A stretch of 64,000 nucleotides of DNA. Source: an uncultured Candidatus Poseidoniales archaeon (GTDB taxonomy: Archaea; Thermoplasmatota; Poseidoniia; Poseidoniales; Poseidoniaceae). Position numbers and translations under genes: made by a program. Under the pieces are notes generated by a model that did no database searches, was not told the origin of the DNA, and saw only the letters and a program-made list of their open reading frames with translations. This document shows, in pieces, positions 17,883 to 27,366 of the stretch (the first letter of the stretch is position 1; each line of letters begins with the position of its first letter). Location of the stretch: NCBI GenBank assembly GCA_902605365.1, contig CACLCM010000001.1:6762-70761 (forward strand). Direction: 5' to 3'.

Positions 17883-19571
17883 ATGGAAACAGAAGTATTC
17901 TCAACTGAGTTCTGGCAAGCATTCGCTCCTGAAATGGTTTTAGTTGTAGGTTTAGTATTGCTATTCATAATTCCTAACTTAGGAGAAGCAAAGTTCAGAG
18001 TTCCATTGACCAAGGTTAGAATTCCTTGGTTGTTTGGAGGTCGTAGATTCAAGTCCACAGGTTCACCTGCACTCCCTGGAATGCTAGGAACAGCAACACT
18101 CTTTGTTGCATTGGGCATGATGGTTATCGAAACAATCGATGGAGGATTGAGTACCACTACGGTTACGAGTGGAGATGTCACTCTGTTGCAGATAGATGCC
18201 TTCTCTCGCTTCTTTGAGATAATATTCCTTGCAGCGATTTTGATGGCATCTATGGCTAGTCTTGACAGAGTGCCAGCTCATACTTTCAAAGGGAATAAAA
18301 GTCTTGAAGAAATGTATGATAATCGTCGACAGGCCGACCTTTACATCTTGATGCTTACAACAGCATTGGGAATGTGTATGGTCGCTCTATCCCAAGATTT
18401 GTTCGTTCTGTTCGTCGGACTAGAACTTGCAAGTTTGGCGACATATATCTTAGTCGCATTCCACAAAGAATCCAAAGCAGGCGCTGAGTCCGGTGTGAAA
18501 TATTTCATCGTAGGTTCAGTCGCTAGTGGAATTGGTTTGTATGGTCTATCTCTTCTGTACCTAGAATTCGGTAGCCTCCAACTGTCAACATTGTCAGCTA
18601 ATTGGGCAGATGGAAGTATTCTCGCAACAATAGCTCTTGGTCTAGTTCTGGTCGGATTCGGTTTCAAGGTCAGCGCGGCACCATTCCACTTTGCAGCACC
18701 AGATGCTTATGCTGGAGCTAACTCTCCAATAGCGGGAGTATTGGCTACTGCGTCTAAAGCAATGGGAATGATTGGATTAATTCGAATACTCCTTGTGATC
18801 GCTTTACCAGATACAGGAACAGATGGTAGCGCAATTTGGATTTACACCCTTGCCACACTTTCGGTAGTGACTATGACTTGGGGCAATATTGCCGCATTGG
18901 GCTCAACCAATCCAAAGCGTATGTTAGCCTACTCATCTGTTGCCCACGCTGGTTACATGATGGCAGCACTGACAGCGGTTGGTGCATGGCACTGGGGCCA
19001 TGTCGAGGCTCCTGCAGATTACGCTGAAGCAATAGTTGCTGCGATTTTATTCCATCTCTTCGTACTTGTAGCATTCAAACTTGGAGCATTCCTCGTACTG
19101 GGACTACTAGAGATGGAGGGTGGCGCTAGCCGACTATCTGCACTATCTGGATTAGCACGCAGAGATCCTCTAATCGGAACTTCAATGTTCATCTTCATGC
19201 TTGCTTTGGCGGGTGTGCCACCATTAGCAGGTTTCATGTCTAAATTCCTAGTAATTGCTAGCATAGTGTCTACTAGTGTCGGTGACCAATGGGTAAATGG
19301 TTCAATCTCATTCTCTGACCTCCATTGGGTCTGGTGGCTTGCACTAGCCATGTTCATCAACAGTGCAATTTCGGTATTCTATTACCTACGCATTGGTGTC
19401 GTGATGTTCCTAGACATACCTGAAGAAGGCCGCAGAAAGCCACTTCCATATGGTGCATCTATTCGCATGGCAATCTGGATTTGTTTGGTTGCGACTATAA
19501 TTCTTGGATTATCTGCAGACACGCTCATCGATATGTGCTACCGTGCCGCAGAGAGCCTAAAACTAGCTTGA
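17883..19571 (+). CDS. nuoN: Complex I subunit N (antiporter-like)
   Basis: PFHFAAPDAYAGANSPIAGVLATASKAMGMIGLIR signature; last gene of the operon. Confidence 0.8.
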   Translation: METEVFSTEFWQAFAPEMVLVVGLVLLFIIPNLGEAKFRVPLTKVRIPWLFGGRRFKSTGSPALPGMLGTATLFVALGMMVIETIDGGLSTTTVTSGDVTLLQIDAFSRFFEIIFLAAILMASMASLDRVPAHTFKGNKSLEEMYDNRRQADLYILMLTTALGMCMVALSQDLFVLFVGLELASLATYILVAFHKESKAGAESGVKYFIVGSVASGIGLYGLSLLYLEFGSLQLSTLSANWADGSILATIALGLVLVGFGFKVSAAPFHFAAPDAYAGANSPIAGVLATASKAMGMIGLIRILLVIALPDTGTDGSAIWIYTLATLSVVTMTWGNIAALGSTNPKRMLAYSSVAHAGYMMAALTAVGAWHWGHVEAPADYAEAIVAAILFHLFVLVAFKLGAFLVLGLLEMEGGASRLSALSGLARRDPLIGTSMFIFMLALAGVPPLAGFMSKFLVIASIVSTSVGDQWVNGSISFSDLHWVWWLALAMFINSAISVFYYLRIGVVMFLDIPEEGRRKPLPYGASIRMAIWICLVATIILGLSADTLIDMCYRAAESLKLA

Positions 19572-19579
19572 AATTAGTA

Positions 19580-19606
19580 TCAGCCTTCAAGTAGGAAGGG
19601 CTTTTG
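19580..19606 (+). terminator. Imperfect hairpin followed by TTTT run after nuoN (candidate operon terminator)
   Basis: GCCTTC-aagtag-GAAGGGC followed by TTTTGG immediately after the nuoN stop. Confidence 0.3.
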
Positions 19607-19615
19607 GATTGAGTT

Positions 19616-20125
19616 ATGGGCCGCAGGCGCGAAGAGAGAGTAGACGAGGAAGAATTAGCTCGTCTTATGGGTTCAGCAGGAGCAGAGTCCTCTAAAATTC
19701 GTGTCAAGATGCCTAATACAAAGGTCAACGAAATGTTCGCAATCGCAGAACAAATCCTAGGTGGCCGCAGAGTAACTGTACTCTGTGCGGATGGAGAGAC
19801 TAGAATGGCTAGGATTCCTGGAAAAATGCGTCGTCGTCAGTGGGTCCGTGATGGAGATCTGATTATTGTATGGCCTTGGGATTTCCAAGATGCAAAAGCA
19901 GATGTAAAGCATCGCTATACTAAGACTCAAGCTCTTTACCTTTCAAGAAAAGGAGTTCTACCTCCTGACGTAGATATCTTTGGAATGAATACCCAAGTTG
20001 ATGACTTTGAAGATGAGGATGGATTATTCGCATCTGGTGATGATACTCCAGAAGCACAATCAGAAGAAGCCGTTGAGGAAGCGGAAGATGATGATGACGA
20101 CGAGATCAACGATCTCTTCGGCTGA
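19616..20125 (+). CDS. eif1a: Archaeal translation initiation factor 1A (aIF1A) with acidic C-terminal tail
   Basis: S1/OB-fold core RVTVLCADGETRMARIPGKMRRRQWVRDGDLIIV is characteristic of e/aIF1A. Acidic DDDDDEINDLFG terminus. Confidence 0.85.
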   Translation: MGRRREERVDEEELARLMGSAGAESSKIRVKMPNTKVNEMFAIAEQILGGRRVTVLCADGETRMARIPGKMRRRQWVRDGDLIIVWPWDFQDAKADVKHRYTKTQALYLSRKGVLPPDVDIFGMNTQVDDFEDEDGLFASGDDTPEAQSEEAVEEAEDDDDDEINDLFG

Positions 20126-20177
20126 ACATACTTTCAATGCCACGTCATCCTCATTACTATGCGAGGAGGTCTAGAAA

Positions 20178-21143
20178 GTGCGCAATAATGACTGGGATGA
20201 AGACCTCTCCAAAAACACCAAACAACGCCGTAATAACCGTAAAAGGCGTAATTTGGATGCTGACCAAACTCATCTAGACAATGAGTCTTCCAAGTTTGTA
20301 GATAGCCTAGAATCTACCAAAGGAACTGGTTGGATGGCCGATAAGAAATACAATCGAATGTTCACTGAAATCGAGCAAGGTCTTTCAGGAGTATTGGGAG
20401 ATGGACCGTTTGATTGGGTTGACAGAAGAGTATTCGATGCGGTCTTTGACCGTCTAACCTTGATGAGTCTCTACAAATTAATGAAATCTGGAATGATTGA
20501 TACTCTTGATTTCCCAATAGCAAGGGGTAAGGAAGCACATGTATTCCACGGAACTGGAGAGAATGGTCCAGTTGCAGTCAAAATCTTCCATACATCAAAT
20601 GCAGTATTCAAAAATCTGATTCAATACATAGAAGGAGACCCTAGATTTGGAGGATTAAAACGTCGCCATAGAGATTTAGTTGACATTTGGGTGCGCAAAG
20701 AATTCCGAAATTTATCCCGATTAGCAAAATGGGGCCTTGCTGTTCCCAAGCCGATCGGGGTTCACAAAAATGTCTTGGTCATGGAATATCTTGGCACTGA
20801 AACAGCTCCTTCACCGAGACTTCGTGACGTCAATGTGATAGACCCTGAACCAGTGTATCAAGAATTGTTAGAATTCTTAGCCGTCGCATGGCAAAAAGCA
20901 AACATGGTTCACGGTGATTTTTCACCGTACAATATCATGTGGCATGATGACGGACCAGTAGTAATCGATGTTGGCCAATCGGTAGTTCAGTCCCACCCTA
21001 AGAGTCAAGAATTCCTCGTTAGGGATGTTACTAGATTAGTTGAATGGGCTAACAAAAATGGTCTTGATGTTGAATTGGCGGAAGCCATGTATGACGTACT
21101 TGAAATGGACCTCTCTCACGTTGGTCAGACTGAAGAAGAGTGA
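20178..21143 (+). CDS. rio1: RIO-type serine/threonine protein kinase (Rio1-like)
   Basis: RIO domain signature FPIARGKEAHVFHG...VAVKIFH, LVMEYLG, HGDFSPYNIM. Conserved archaeal synteny with aIF1A and a KH protein. Confidence 0.8.
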   Translation: MRNNDWDEDLSKNTKQRRNNRKRRNLDADQTHLDNESSKFVDSLESTKGTGWMADKKYNRMFTEIEQGLSGVLGDGPFDWVDRRVFDAVFDRLTLMSLYKLMKSGMIDTLDFPIARGKEAHVFHGTGENGPVAVKIFHTSNAVFKNLIQYIEGDPRFGGLKRRHRDLVDIWVRKEFRNLSRLAKWGLAVPKPIGVHKNVLVMEYLGTETAPSPRLRDVNVIDPEPVYQELLEFLAVAWQKANMVHGDFSPYNIMWHDDGPVVIDVGQSVVQSHPKSQEFLVRDVTRLVEWANKNGLDVELAEAMYDVLEMDLSHVGQTEEE

Positions 21144-21934
21144 ACCAGCCTGCATATGGGTTGAAGAAGGATAGGCTTCCCGCTTTGGCTATGCGCCAAT
21201 CACTGCCGCGAGTTCCCCAAGACCGTATTGCGGTCTTAATTGGCGCCAAAGGTGCCACTAGGCGTGAACTTGAAGTCGCTGCAGGATGCAAGAGTCTTCA
21301 GATTGATTCTACAAGTGGTGACATCGATGTTACTTGGCCTGAAGCGGGTGAGTATGACCCTGTTAAGGCTCTAAAATTACCCGATGTAATCAAAGCAGTC
21401 GGAAGAGGAATGGCTCCTAATAGAGCGATTCAATTATTACAAGACGATTGGTTTTTTGAAATGGTTGACCTCAAAGAACACGTCGGAAAAAGGTCGAGTC
21501 AACAGCGCCGAATCCGTGCAAGAATTATCGGTTCTGAAGGTAAAATCAGGAAGATGATTGAGCAACACACTGGTACTGAGATTTCAATTTACAAATCCAC
21601 AGTTGTGCTTGTTGGCGAAGGCTCAGGGCTAATTAGTGCCAGGCAAGCAATCGAGATGTTAGCGAGTGGTAGCGAACATGGAACCGTAATCAAATATCTA
21701 GAGAAAGAGCGCAGAAAGTCAAGAATGGAAGCACGTTCTCTTGATTACATTGTGACCAAAGATGTCTCCGAAGAATCAGAAGATTTCGCCGACCTAGTAC
21801 CTGGTTTGGCAGAAGTATCTCAAAGACGTAATCGAAGGTTGAAAGCGGCACAGGTAGACCCTGAAGATGCTGAAGAAGTATCCTCTATGATGGAATTATC
21901 TGAGGATGAGGAAGTCAGTTGGGAGGAGGAGTGA
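21140..21934 (+). CDS. KH-domain RNA-binding protein (Dim2/Krr1-like) with acidic C-terminus
   Basis: Two KH-like GxxG-type segments (IAVLIGAKGATRRELE; IGSEGKIRKMIE). Conserved position downstream of the RIO kinase. Confidence 0.65.
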   Translation: MNQPAYGLKKDRLPALAMRQSLPRVPQDRIAVLIGAKGATRRELEVAAGCKSLQIDSTSGDIDVTWPEAGEYDPVKALKLPDVIKAVGRGMAPNRAIQLLQDDWFFEMVDLKEHVGKRSSQQRRIRARIIGSEGKIRKMIEQHTGTEISIYKSTVVLVGEGSGLISARQAIEMLASGSEHGTVIKYLEKERRKSRMEARSLDYIVTKDVSEESEDFADLVPGLAEVSQRRNRRLKAAQVDPEDAEEVSSMMELSEDEEVSWEEE

Positions 21935-23777
21935 TTTTTCTCCTCTGGAACCAAGTGATTGCGAAACCTGCACACAATAGAGCGATCATTCCTGGAGCGA
22001 ATGATGTCACGACTCCAATTCCACTGACAGTCGCCCCTGTAACCATCATGTGGTGATTATTGTTCGACTCATCTCTCTCATCGATGATATCATTGGGGTC
22101 GATTACTAATCTCAAATCCCATTGTCCAGTGTTAGGAACAACATAGTCCCACATCAATAATTCACAAGTACATTCATCAGAAAGATTGCCCCCTTCAACT
22201 ACAACAGACTGCATTGTAGTCCAATCTACATCTGCACTACGGTCTGCAGGAGCGGCTTGAAGGTAAACTGTTACTGCACCACCATATGCTTGGTTTGCTT
22301 CTAGAAGACTCGTTATTACAATCCCTCCATTGGTATCTCCAGGTCTAACCACTAATCTGTCAACATTGGTTTCTGTTGCATTCCATGATAGGTCCAGGCC
22401 CGGAAGTACTTGGAATGCGGTTGGAATTGTTGTGAGTTGATTACCCGCTTCATCTAATACGACTGCTCTCAACATTAGGTATTGGCGAGACTTTGTGGCC
22501 CATGAAGACAATGGAACAGTTCCATCTAGTCCTGATACTCCCACGTCAATCCATCTCCCCGATTGGTCAGGGGTTGCTCCTACTCCATTCAAATCAAATC
22601 CGTATTGAAGTTTGGAGTTTGGCAAATCAATTCCTGAACCTAGGTCTTGAGCTGCGAACGAGATGTTAGCCGAACCGATGAGACTTGTTGTCAATTCATC
22701 AACAGTCCAGCCCAAACCTTCAGGCTCACTAACATCGACCTTGATGTCTACATCGATGGAGTCTCCAACGTTCCCAACCTTGTCGACAGCTCGCATAGAG
22801 ATCACGTGTTCTCCTTCATCAAAAACGAGAGTTACACTTGATGTAGATACATCACTCCAAATGCCATCTCGCAAAATTTGCACATATGATAAACCAGAAC
22901 CGCTGCCATCATCGGTAGCGTCATCCAAACCTGAAATAGTTACTGAGTTGCTATCAGTCCATTCTTCTCCCTCACCAATAATTGGTGTAGACATTGTAGG
23001 TGATGTTCTATCTATTCCAATGAACATAGTTTTGCTTACAGATAGTCCTGAGCCATCCCATACGGTCAGCCTTGGATTGTATGTTCCTTCAGAGAGGGAA
23101 CCGGTATTCCAATCCCATCCATATGCAATAGTTCCCGGTCCATCATCGCTAGGCGTACCTGGCCCGGGGACATTAGCAAGACTAGCATGTGTTAAATCGT
23201 CATCCATTGCAGCCCAAGAGAAACCCAATGTTGCATTCGCATCTAGCGAATACCAGGCTCTGTCAATAGCTGTAGTTCCACTTCCAACTCCAGTGTTAGA
23301 CAATGTGAATGATGTGATAATCGGGACTTGATTAACGATATCAAATTCTCCGCTGGTAAACCAAGTAGTGTGATTATTAGCAGTTGAGTCCCATGCTCTT
23401 GCTCTAAATGTCCAACTTCCATTTGCATAATCTGTTGTATCGATATGAGTTAGCCAAGGTGTCGTAGTTAGATTGGCTACTGTATCCCAATTGCTGCTAT
23501 CTGATGAAATTTCAATTTCGATACTAGATAATACTCCACTTCCAGTTGAAGAGAAACTCAGAGTGAATAGTCCCTTCACATCTTCACCTTGGGAAGGACC
23601 GTTAGAGAACACCAATTGTATGTCGCTTTCAGCAAATTTGACTTGTTTAGAATCAGCAAGAAGCATATCTCCGCTTTGCCCAATAGTCATGATGACTACG
23701 ACCAGAAGTACAGAGATGAATCGCCTCATCAAACACCTGACATCACCACTCGCCCTTGAATGCTCGCATTGCAACAC
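21915..23777 (-). CDS. Secreted surface protein with C-terminal TM anchor (likely true start at MRRFISV..., about 23729)
   Basis: Signal peptide RRFISVLLVVVIMTIG. Ser/Thr/Asp/Gly-rich ectodomain. C-terminal APGMIALLCAGFAITWFQRRK. Confidence 0.55.
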   Translation of the reverse strand: MLQCEHSRASGDVRCLMRRFISVLLVVVIMTIGQSGDMLLADSKQVKFAESDIQLVFSNGPSQGEDVKGLFTLSFSSTGSGVLSSIEIEISSDSSNWDTVANLTTTPWLTHIDTTDYANGSWTFRARAWDSTANNHTTWFTSGEFDIVNQVPIITSFTLSNTGVGSGTTAIDRAWYSLDANATLGFSWAAMDDDLTHASLANVPGPGTPSDDGPGTIAYGWDWNTGSLSEGTYNPRLTVWDGSGLSVSKTMFIGIDRTSPTMSTPIIGEGEEWTDSNSVTISGLDDATDDGSGSGLSYVQILRDGIWSDVSTSSVTLVFDEGEHVISMRAVDKVGNVGDSIDVDIKVDVSEPEGLGWTVDELTTSLIGSANISFAAQDLGSGIDLPNSKLQYGFDLNGVGATPDQSGRWIDVGVSGLDGTVPLSSWATKSRQYLMLRAVVLDEAGNQLTTIPTAFQVLPGLDLSWNATETNVDRLVVRPGDTNGGIVITSLLEANQAYGGAVTVYLQAAPADRSADVDWTTMQSVVVEGGNLSDECTCELLMWDYVVPNTGQWDLRLVIDPNDIIDERDESNNNHHMMVTGATVSGIGVVTSFAPGMIALLCAGFAITWFQRRKITPPPN

Positions 23778-23796
23778 CCCCCTACGGGGTGTGTTG
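23771..23796. repeat. GC-rich hairpin CAACACCCCCC-TAC-GGGGTGTGTTG in divergent intergenic region, sharing the CCCC-TAC-GGGG core with the hairpin at 7584
   Basis: Inverted repeat read directly from sequence. Confidence 0.35.
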
Positions 23797-23870
23797 TCTA
23801 TTGTTAATATGCAGCCGAGGAGGTTATCTTAATCGGTTGTTTCAAGTGCTACCCGCCGCCTCTTGGATTC

Positions 23871-26654
23871 ATGGCAAGGCCAACTGTGACCACTCTAATC
23901 CTCGCAATGATGGTTCTCGCAGTCATGCCATTGTCAGTAAGTGCTGAAGATAGTGGTGGAGTTCAGGCTTCATCTTCGACTGTTTCTATCTCTCCTTCCG
24001 ATCCTGTCGAAGGTAGTTCAATCACAATTCGCCTCACGATGTATAATGACAACAATTTTGCTGTAGATGATGTACTGTACAAGTTTTATTGGGATGGAGT
24101 AGCATCGAATAAGTTGATTGTTGCCGATACAGTTGACATACCGGCAAAATCTACAATCGATGTTGAAGTTGTGAAGTCTGGCTTAACCGTTGGTGAACAC
24201 AAAGTATGGATTACTTTCGATTCAACCGGTTCAGATGAACAAATGTTCTTCACTGAAATAATGGTATCTGGCTTAGCCGACCTAGAGGTAACGTCAATTT
24301 CTACAAGCCCGGAATCTGTTTATTCTGGCGATTCAGTTGAAATATCAACTTTGGTCAGTAATACTGGCTCCGAAGATGCAGAAGCTAGTCGTTTGCAATT
24401 AGATTTGGACAGTCAAACTGAGATTCTAGATGTCCCTTCAATATTAGCAGGAGAAGATGTGTGGGTAAATCACACACTAATCGCTCCTGCTGCTGGAGAT
24501 TACGATGTTGAGGTTACAGTTGATTTAGATGATGCAGTTATTGAGGCTGATGAGAACAACCAATTTTCTAATTCACTTTCTGTTAATGCAAGAATGGATT
24601 TGTCACACGTAGGGGACTTGTCGATTGAAATCGAGTCTGGGAGTATACAGGGCCCTTGGGTTATTTCTGGTGTCTTGAAAAGAACTGGTGGAGAAGGGAC
24701 TACACAAGTGCCAATGAAACTGGAGATTCTAGACCAAAATAGTCAGAGCCTTCCTTTGCCGATATTTTACGTAAACCTCACAGGCGGGGAATCGGTTCAA
24801 CAATCATGGTCATATGACCTAATCTATGATTACGTCTCAGTATTGGCTCCAGGTAACCATCAGGTTACAGTGATAATAGATCCATTTACCTCTGCTAACT
24901 TCACTCAAGAATCGACAAATAATGACAGAATATCTGGGTATTTTGACAAGTATGATGTTCCTGACGTTTCAGTAGACCCATACGCATCACCGTCCAAGCC
25001 TTCGGTAACAAGTGGCAATAATGTCGACTGGACAGTAACAATCGCAAACTCTGGACAAATTGAGGTCAAGGGATATCTGATATACACGTGGGAAGGGCAA
25101 ACTTCCAGTGAGTCTTCTGATTCTATTATTACAATTCAAGCCGGAGACACTCACATTTGGCAACGCACATTGTCAACAGAAAGCGGGGCTCATACAGCAG
25201 AGTTTGAAGCACAGTGGGTTCCTTTGTCTAGTTCATATGATGCAAATCCTTTGAATTCTTATGCCAACGGTAGCATAGAAGTAACTGCTCAACTAAAATT
25301 GACATGGTCGAAAACCTCGATGTCTCTTGTTGATTCAACAGGAGAGCCAGCTTCAACACCATTGATGGCTGGTGATGAGTATACAGTTTCAATCAAAGTA
25401 GCCTCCCAAGAGACAGGTTCGGTGAACTATTCTTGCGAAAATGGCTTGGGAGTAGTATTCGAGGTAATTACAATCGATGTCACAGAGGGTGGCCAAATCT
25501 TCACTATTGAATGTACATTTACAGCAGATGCACCATTTACAAACATAGACCTAAGGCCAAGTAATTTGGATGTTAGCGGAGTCCAAACATGGAATTGGGA
25601 TACCAAGGAGTCAAGCAATAATGTGGCTGATGAAGTAGGAGATATGACCTTCCAAACCGCTGGAATGATCGCATTAATCTGTCTCGTTCTAATTGCAGTA
25701 TTAGTTGCAGCAGTAATTCTAACCAGGGAAACAGAGGAAGAAGTTGAGAGAGACATCTTTGACTATTGTCCCGCTTGTGATGCAGAACTGGATGACGGAG
25801 TTGACAGATGTCATTCATGTGGATTCAATTTGAAGAAAGCAAGAAAGCAATTCCACGATTGTGATGCTTGTGGTGAATCTATACCAGATTTGCTTTCTGA
25901 TTGTCCATATTGTGGTTCATCCCAAGATGTCTCCAAATATTTCGAAAGGCGCGAACAGAAGGTTGTCGAGAAGAAAACAATCGCTCTTGTCGAAGAAGAA
26001 GAAATCGACCCAGAGACAATTCATGCTGCAGGATATGAAGGGTTTGACGAAGCGGTCAAGGAATTCGGTTATGATTCAGATGACTTAGAAGAACACTGGG
26101 ATGAGGGAATTGCAAAAGCAGAGGCTGAAGTTGAAGCCGCTTATGACCGTAGAGTAGCATCTGAATACGAATTCGATCCGGATGACGAAGAAGCCATGTC
26201 GGTGGTTACTACTACCTTGAAATCAATAGATGAGACCTTCAAAGGGCACGATATTGATGCAATTCTAGATGAAAAGAATATCAAGGCTCATTTGGATGAT
26301 GGCAGCGAATTAAGCGCCAGCGATGCAGATATTCGTGGAAGGCTATTCGAAATAACAGGCGAAGAAGGAGTAATGCCTGGAGATGAAGTTAACATCGGTA
26401 TGGGAATACAAGATCGTTCACTTGCAGGAAATGTTCTTCCTGAAGAAGCAATGGATTTCTCATTCGATGAAGAAGTGGTCGATGAAGAAGCCGACGAAGT
26501 AAATCCAGTCGCTGCTGCTGCCGCTGAAACCAAGAGACGCCGAGGTGTAAGGCGCAGGTCTAAGCAAGCCAAGACCGCAGAGTGTGGTGCTTGTGGTGCG
26601 GAAATTGCGGCTGATGCCAACGAATGTGCTACATGCGGCGCTAAGTTCGAGTAA
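23871..26654 (+). CDS. Large secreted surface protein, single TM, long acidic cytoplasmic tail carrying three CxxC...CxxC zinc-ribbon modules
   Basis: Signal peptide LILAMMVLAVMPLSVSA. TM MIALICLVLIAVLVAAVIL. Then CPACD...CHSCG, CDACG...CPYCG and C-terminal CGACG...CATCG. Confidence 0.6.
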   Translation: MARPTVTTLILAMMVLAVMPLSVSAEDSGGVQASSSTVSISPSDPVEGSSITIRLTMYNDNNFAVDDVLYKFYWDGVASNKLIVADTVDIPAKSTIDVEVVKSGLTVGEHKVWITFDSTGSDEQMFFTEIMVSGLADLEVTSISTSPESVYSGDSVEISTLVSNTGSEDAEASRLQLDLDSQTEILDVPSILAGEDVWVNHTLIAPAAGDYDVEVTVDLDDAVIEADENNQFSNSLSVNARMDLSHVGDLSIEIESGSIQGPWVISGVLKRTGGEGTTQVPMKLEILDQNSQSLPLPIFYVNLTGGESVQQSWSYDLIYDYVSVLAPGNHQVTVIIDPFTSANFTQESTNNDRISGYFDKYDVPDVSVDPYASPSKPSVTSGNNVDWTVTIANSGQIEVKGYLIYTWEGQTSSESSDSIITIQAGDTHIWQRTLSTESGAHTAEFEAQWVPLSSSYDANPLNSYANGSIEVTAQLKLTWSKTSMSLVDSTGEPASTPLMAGDEYTVSIKVASQETGSVNYSCENGLGVVFEVITIDVTEGGQIFTIECTFTADAPFTNIDLRPSNLDVSGVQTWNWDTKESSNNVADEVGDMTFQTAGMIALICLVLIAVLVAAVILTRETEEEVERDIFDYCPACDAELDDGVDRCHSCGFNLKKARKQFHDCDACGESIPDLLSDCPYCGSSQDVSKYFERREQKVVEKKTIALVEEEEIDPETIHAAGYEGFDEAVKEFGYDSDDLEEHWDEGIAKAEAEVEAAYDRRVASEYEFDPDDEEAMSVVTTTLKSIDETFKGHDIDAILDEKNIKAHLDDGSELSASDADIRGRLFEITGEEGVMPGDEVNIGMGIQDRSLAGNVLPEEAMDFSFDEEVVDEEADEVNPVAAAAAETKRRRGVRRRSKQAKTAECGACGAEIAADANECATCGAKFE

Positions 26655-26766
26655 TGATGCCTGTCAGTACTCACAGGGTTCGTCATCGCGTAAGCTCGGC
26701 TGACCCTCTTGACTTCATTCAGGCAAATGTGTCTAAACATCGCACACCCTTCAAACCATCGAGGGG

Positions 26767-26786
26767 TTTTATTGATAGATTATAGG
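26767..26786 (+). promoter_or_regulatory. AT-rich TATA/BRE-like element TTTTATTGATAGATTATAGG upstream of the 26800 start (candidate archaeal promoter, leaderless)
   Basis: Pattern seen at about -33 to -14 from ATG; by analogy to archaeal TATA boxes. Confidence 0.25.
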
Positions 26787-26799
26787 ATAGTGGAGTGGT

Positions 26800-27366
26800 A
26801 TGATGAGACCTCGTAAGGCAATGTCTGCTTTCGTCATGCTGGCCATTCTAATGGCGTCCAGCATGGGGTGCATCGGACTTGTTCCTGCTCGTGAATTCAT
26901 GGAAGACCTTCGTGAACCTCCACAGTTGATTCAGGAAATTGAACGAATAAATGTCGACCACGTATTTGTTACAGATATTACCGATATCACATATAGTACA
27001 AACTATACCAACTCTTTCTATTTTGAGGTCGATTCAGATGTTTCAGAAATCAGTGCTTACATCACTGCGGCTATGGCTCTTGACTTGGTCATACCAGTTC
27101 CGACCGAAGTAAGATATGTCAAAGCAGTACTAACCGATGCTGACGGAAATCAAATTTGGTATGAGGAGTTAACCGAAACCAAAAGGCCAGCCGTAGCAAC
27201 ATTTCAACAGCCTCTTGCTGAGGGGACCTGGACATTATATGTTGATGCTAGAGGATATGGAGAAGAAATTGGTAATCTCTACAAAGATTCCTTCCAAGTT
27301 TTGATCAAAGTCGATAGGTACTGTTGGGAGTACCATGGTGAAGAAGGCTGCACCTATGACGATTAG
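26800..27366 (+). CDS. Small secreted putative lipoprotein
   Basis: Signal peptide with lipobox-like LMASSMGC; no other recognisable domain. Confidence 0.45.
   Translation: MMRPRKAMSAFVMLAILMASSMGCIGLVPAREFMEDLREPPQLIQEIERINVDHVFVTDITDITYSTNYTNSFYFEVDSDVSEISAYITAAMALDLVIPVPTEVRYVKAVLTDADGNQIWYEELTETKRPAVATFQQPLAEGTWTLYVDARGYGEEIGNLYKDSFQVLIKVDRYCWEYHGEEGCTYDD

Noticed and set aside
17651-18181. 176-aa minus-strand ORF spanning the nuoM/nuoN junction
   Set aside because: Antisense to two strongly supported antiporter-like subunit genes.
22663-23331. 222-aa plus-strand ORF inside 21915..23777
   Set aside because: It is antisense to a secreted-protein gene with a signal peptide and a C-terminal anchor. 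Its Ser/Pro-rich composition reflects the complement of the Asp/Gly/Thr codons.
26288-26740. 150-aa minus-strand ORF overlapping the 3' end of 23871..26654
   Set aside because: Antisense shadow of the acidic or zinc-ribbon tail region.
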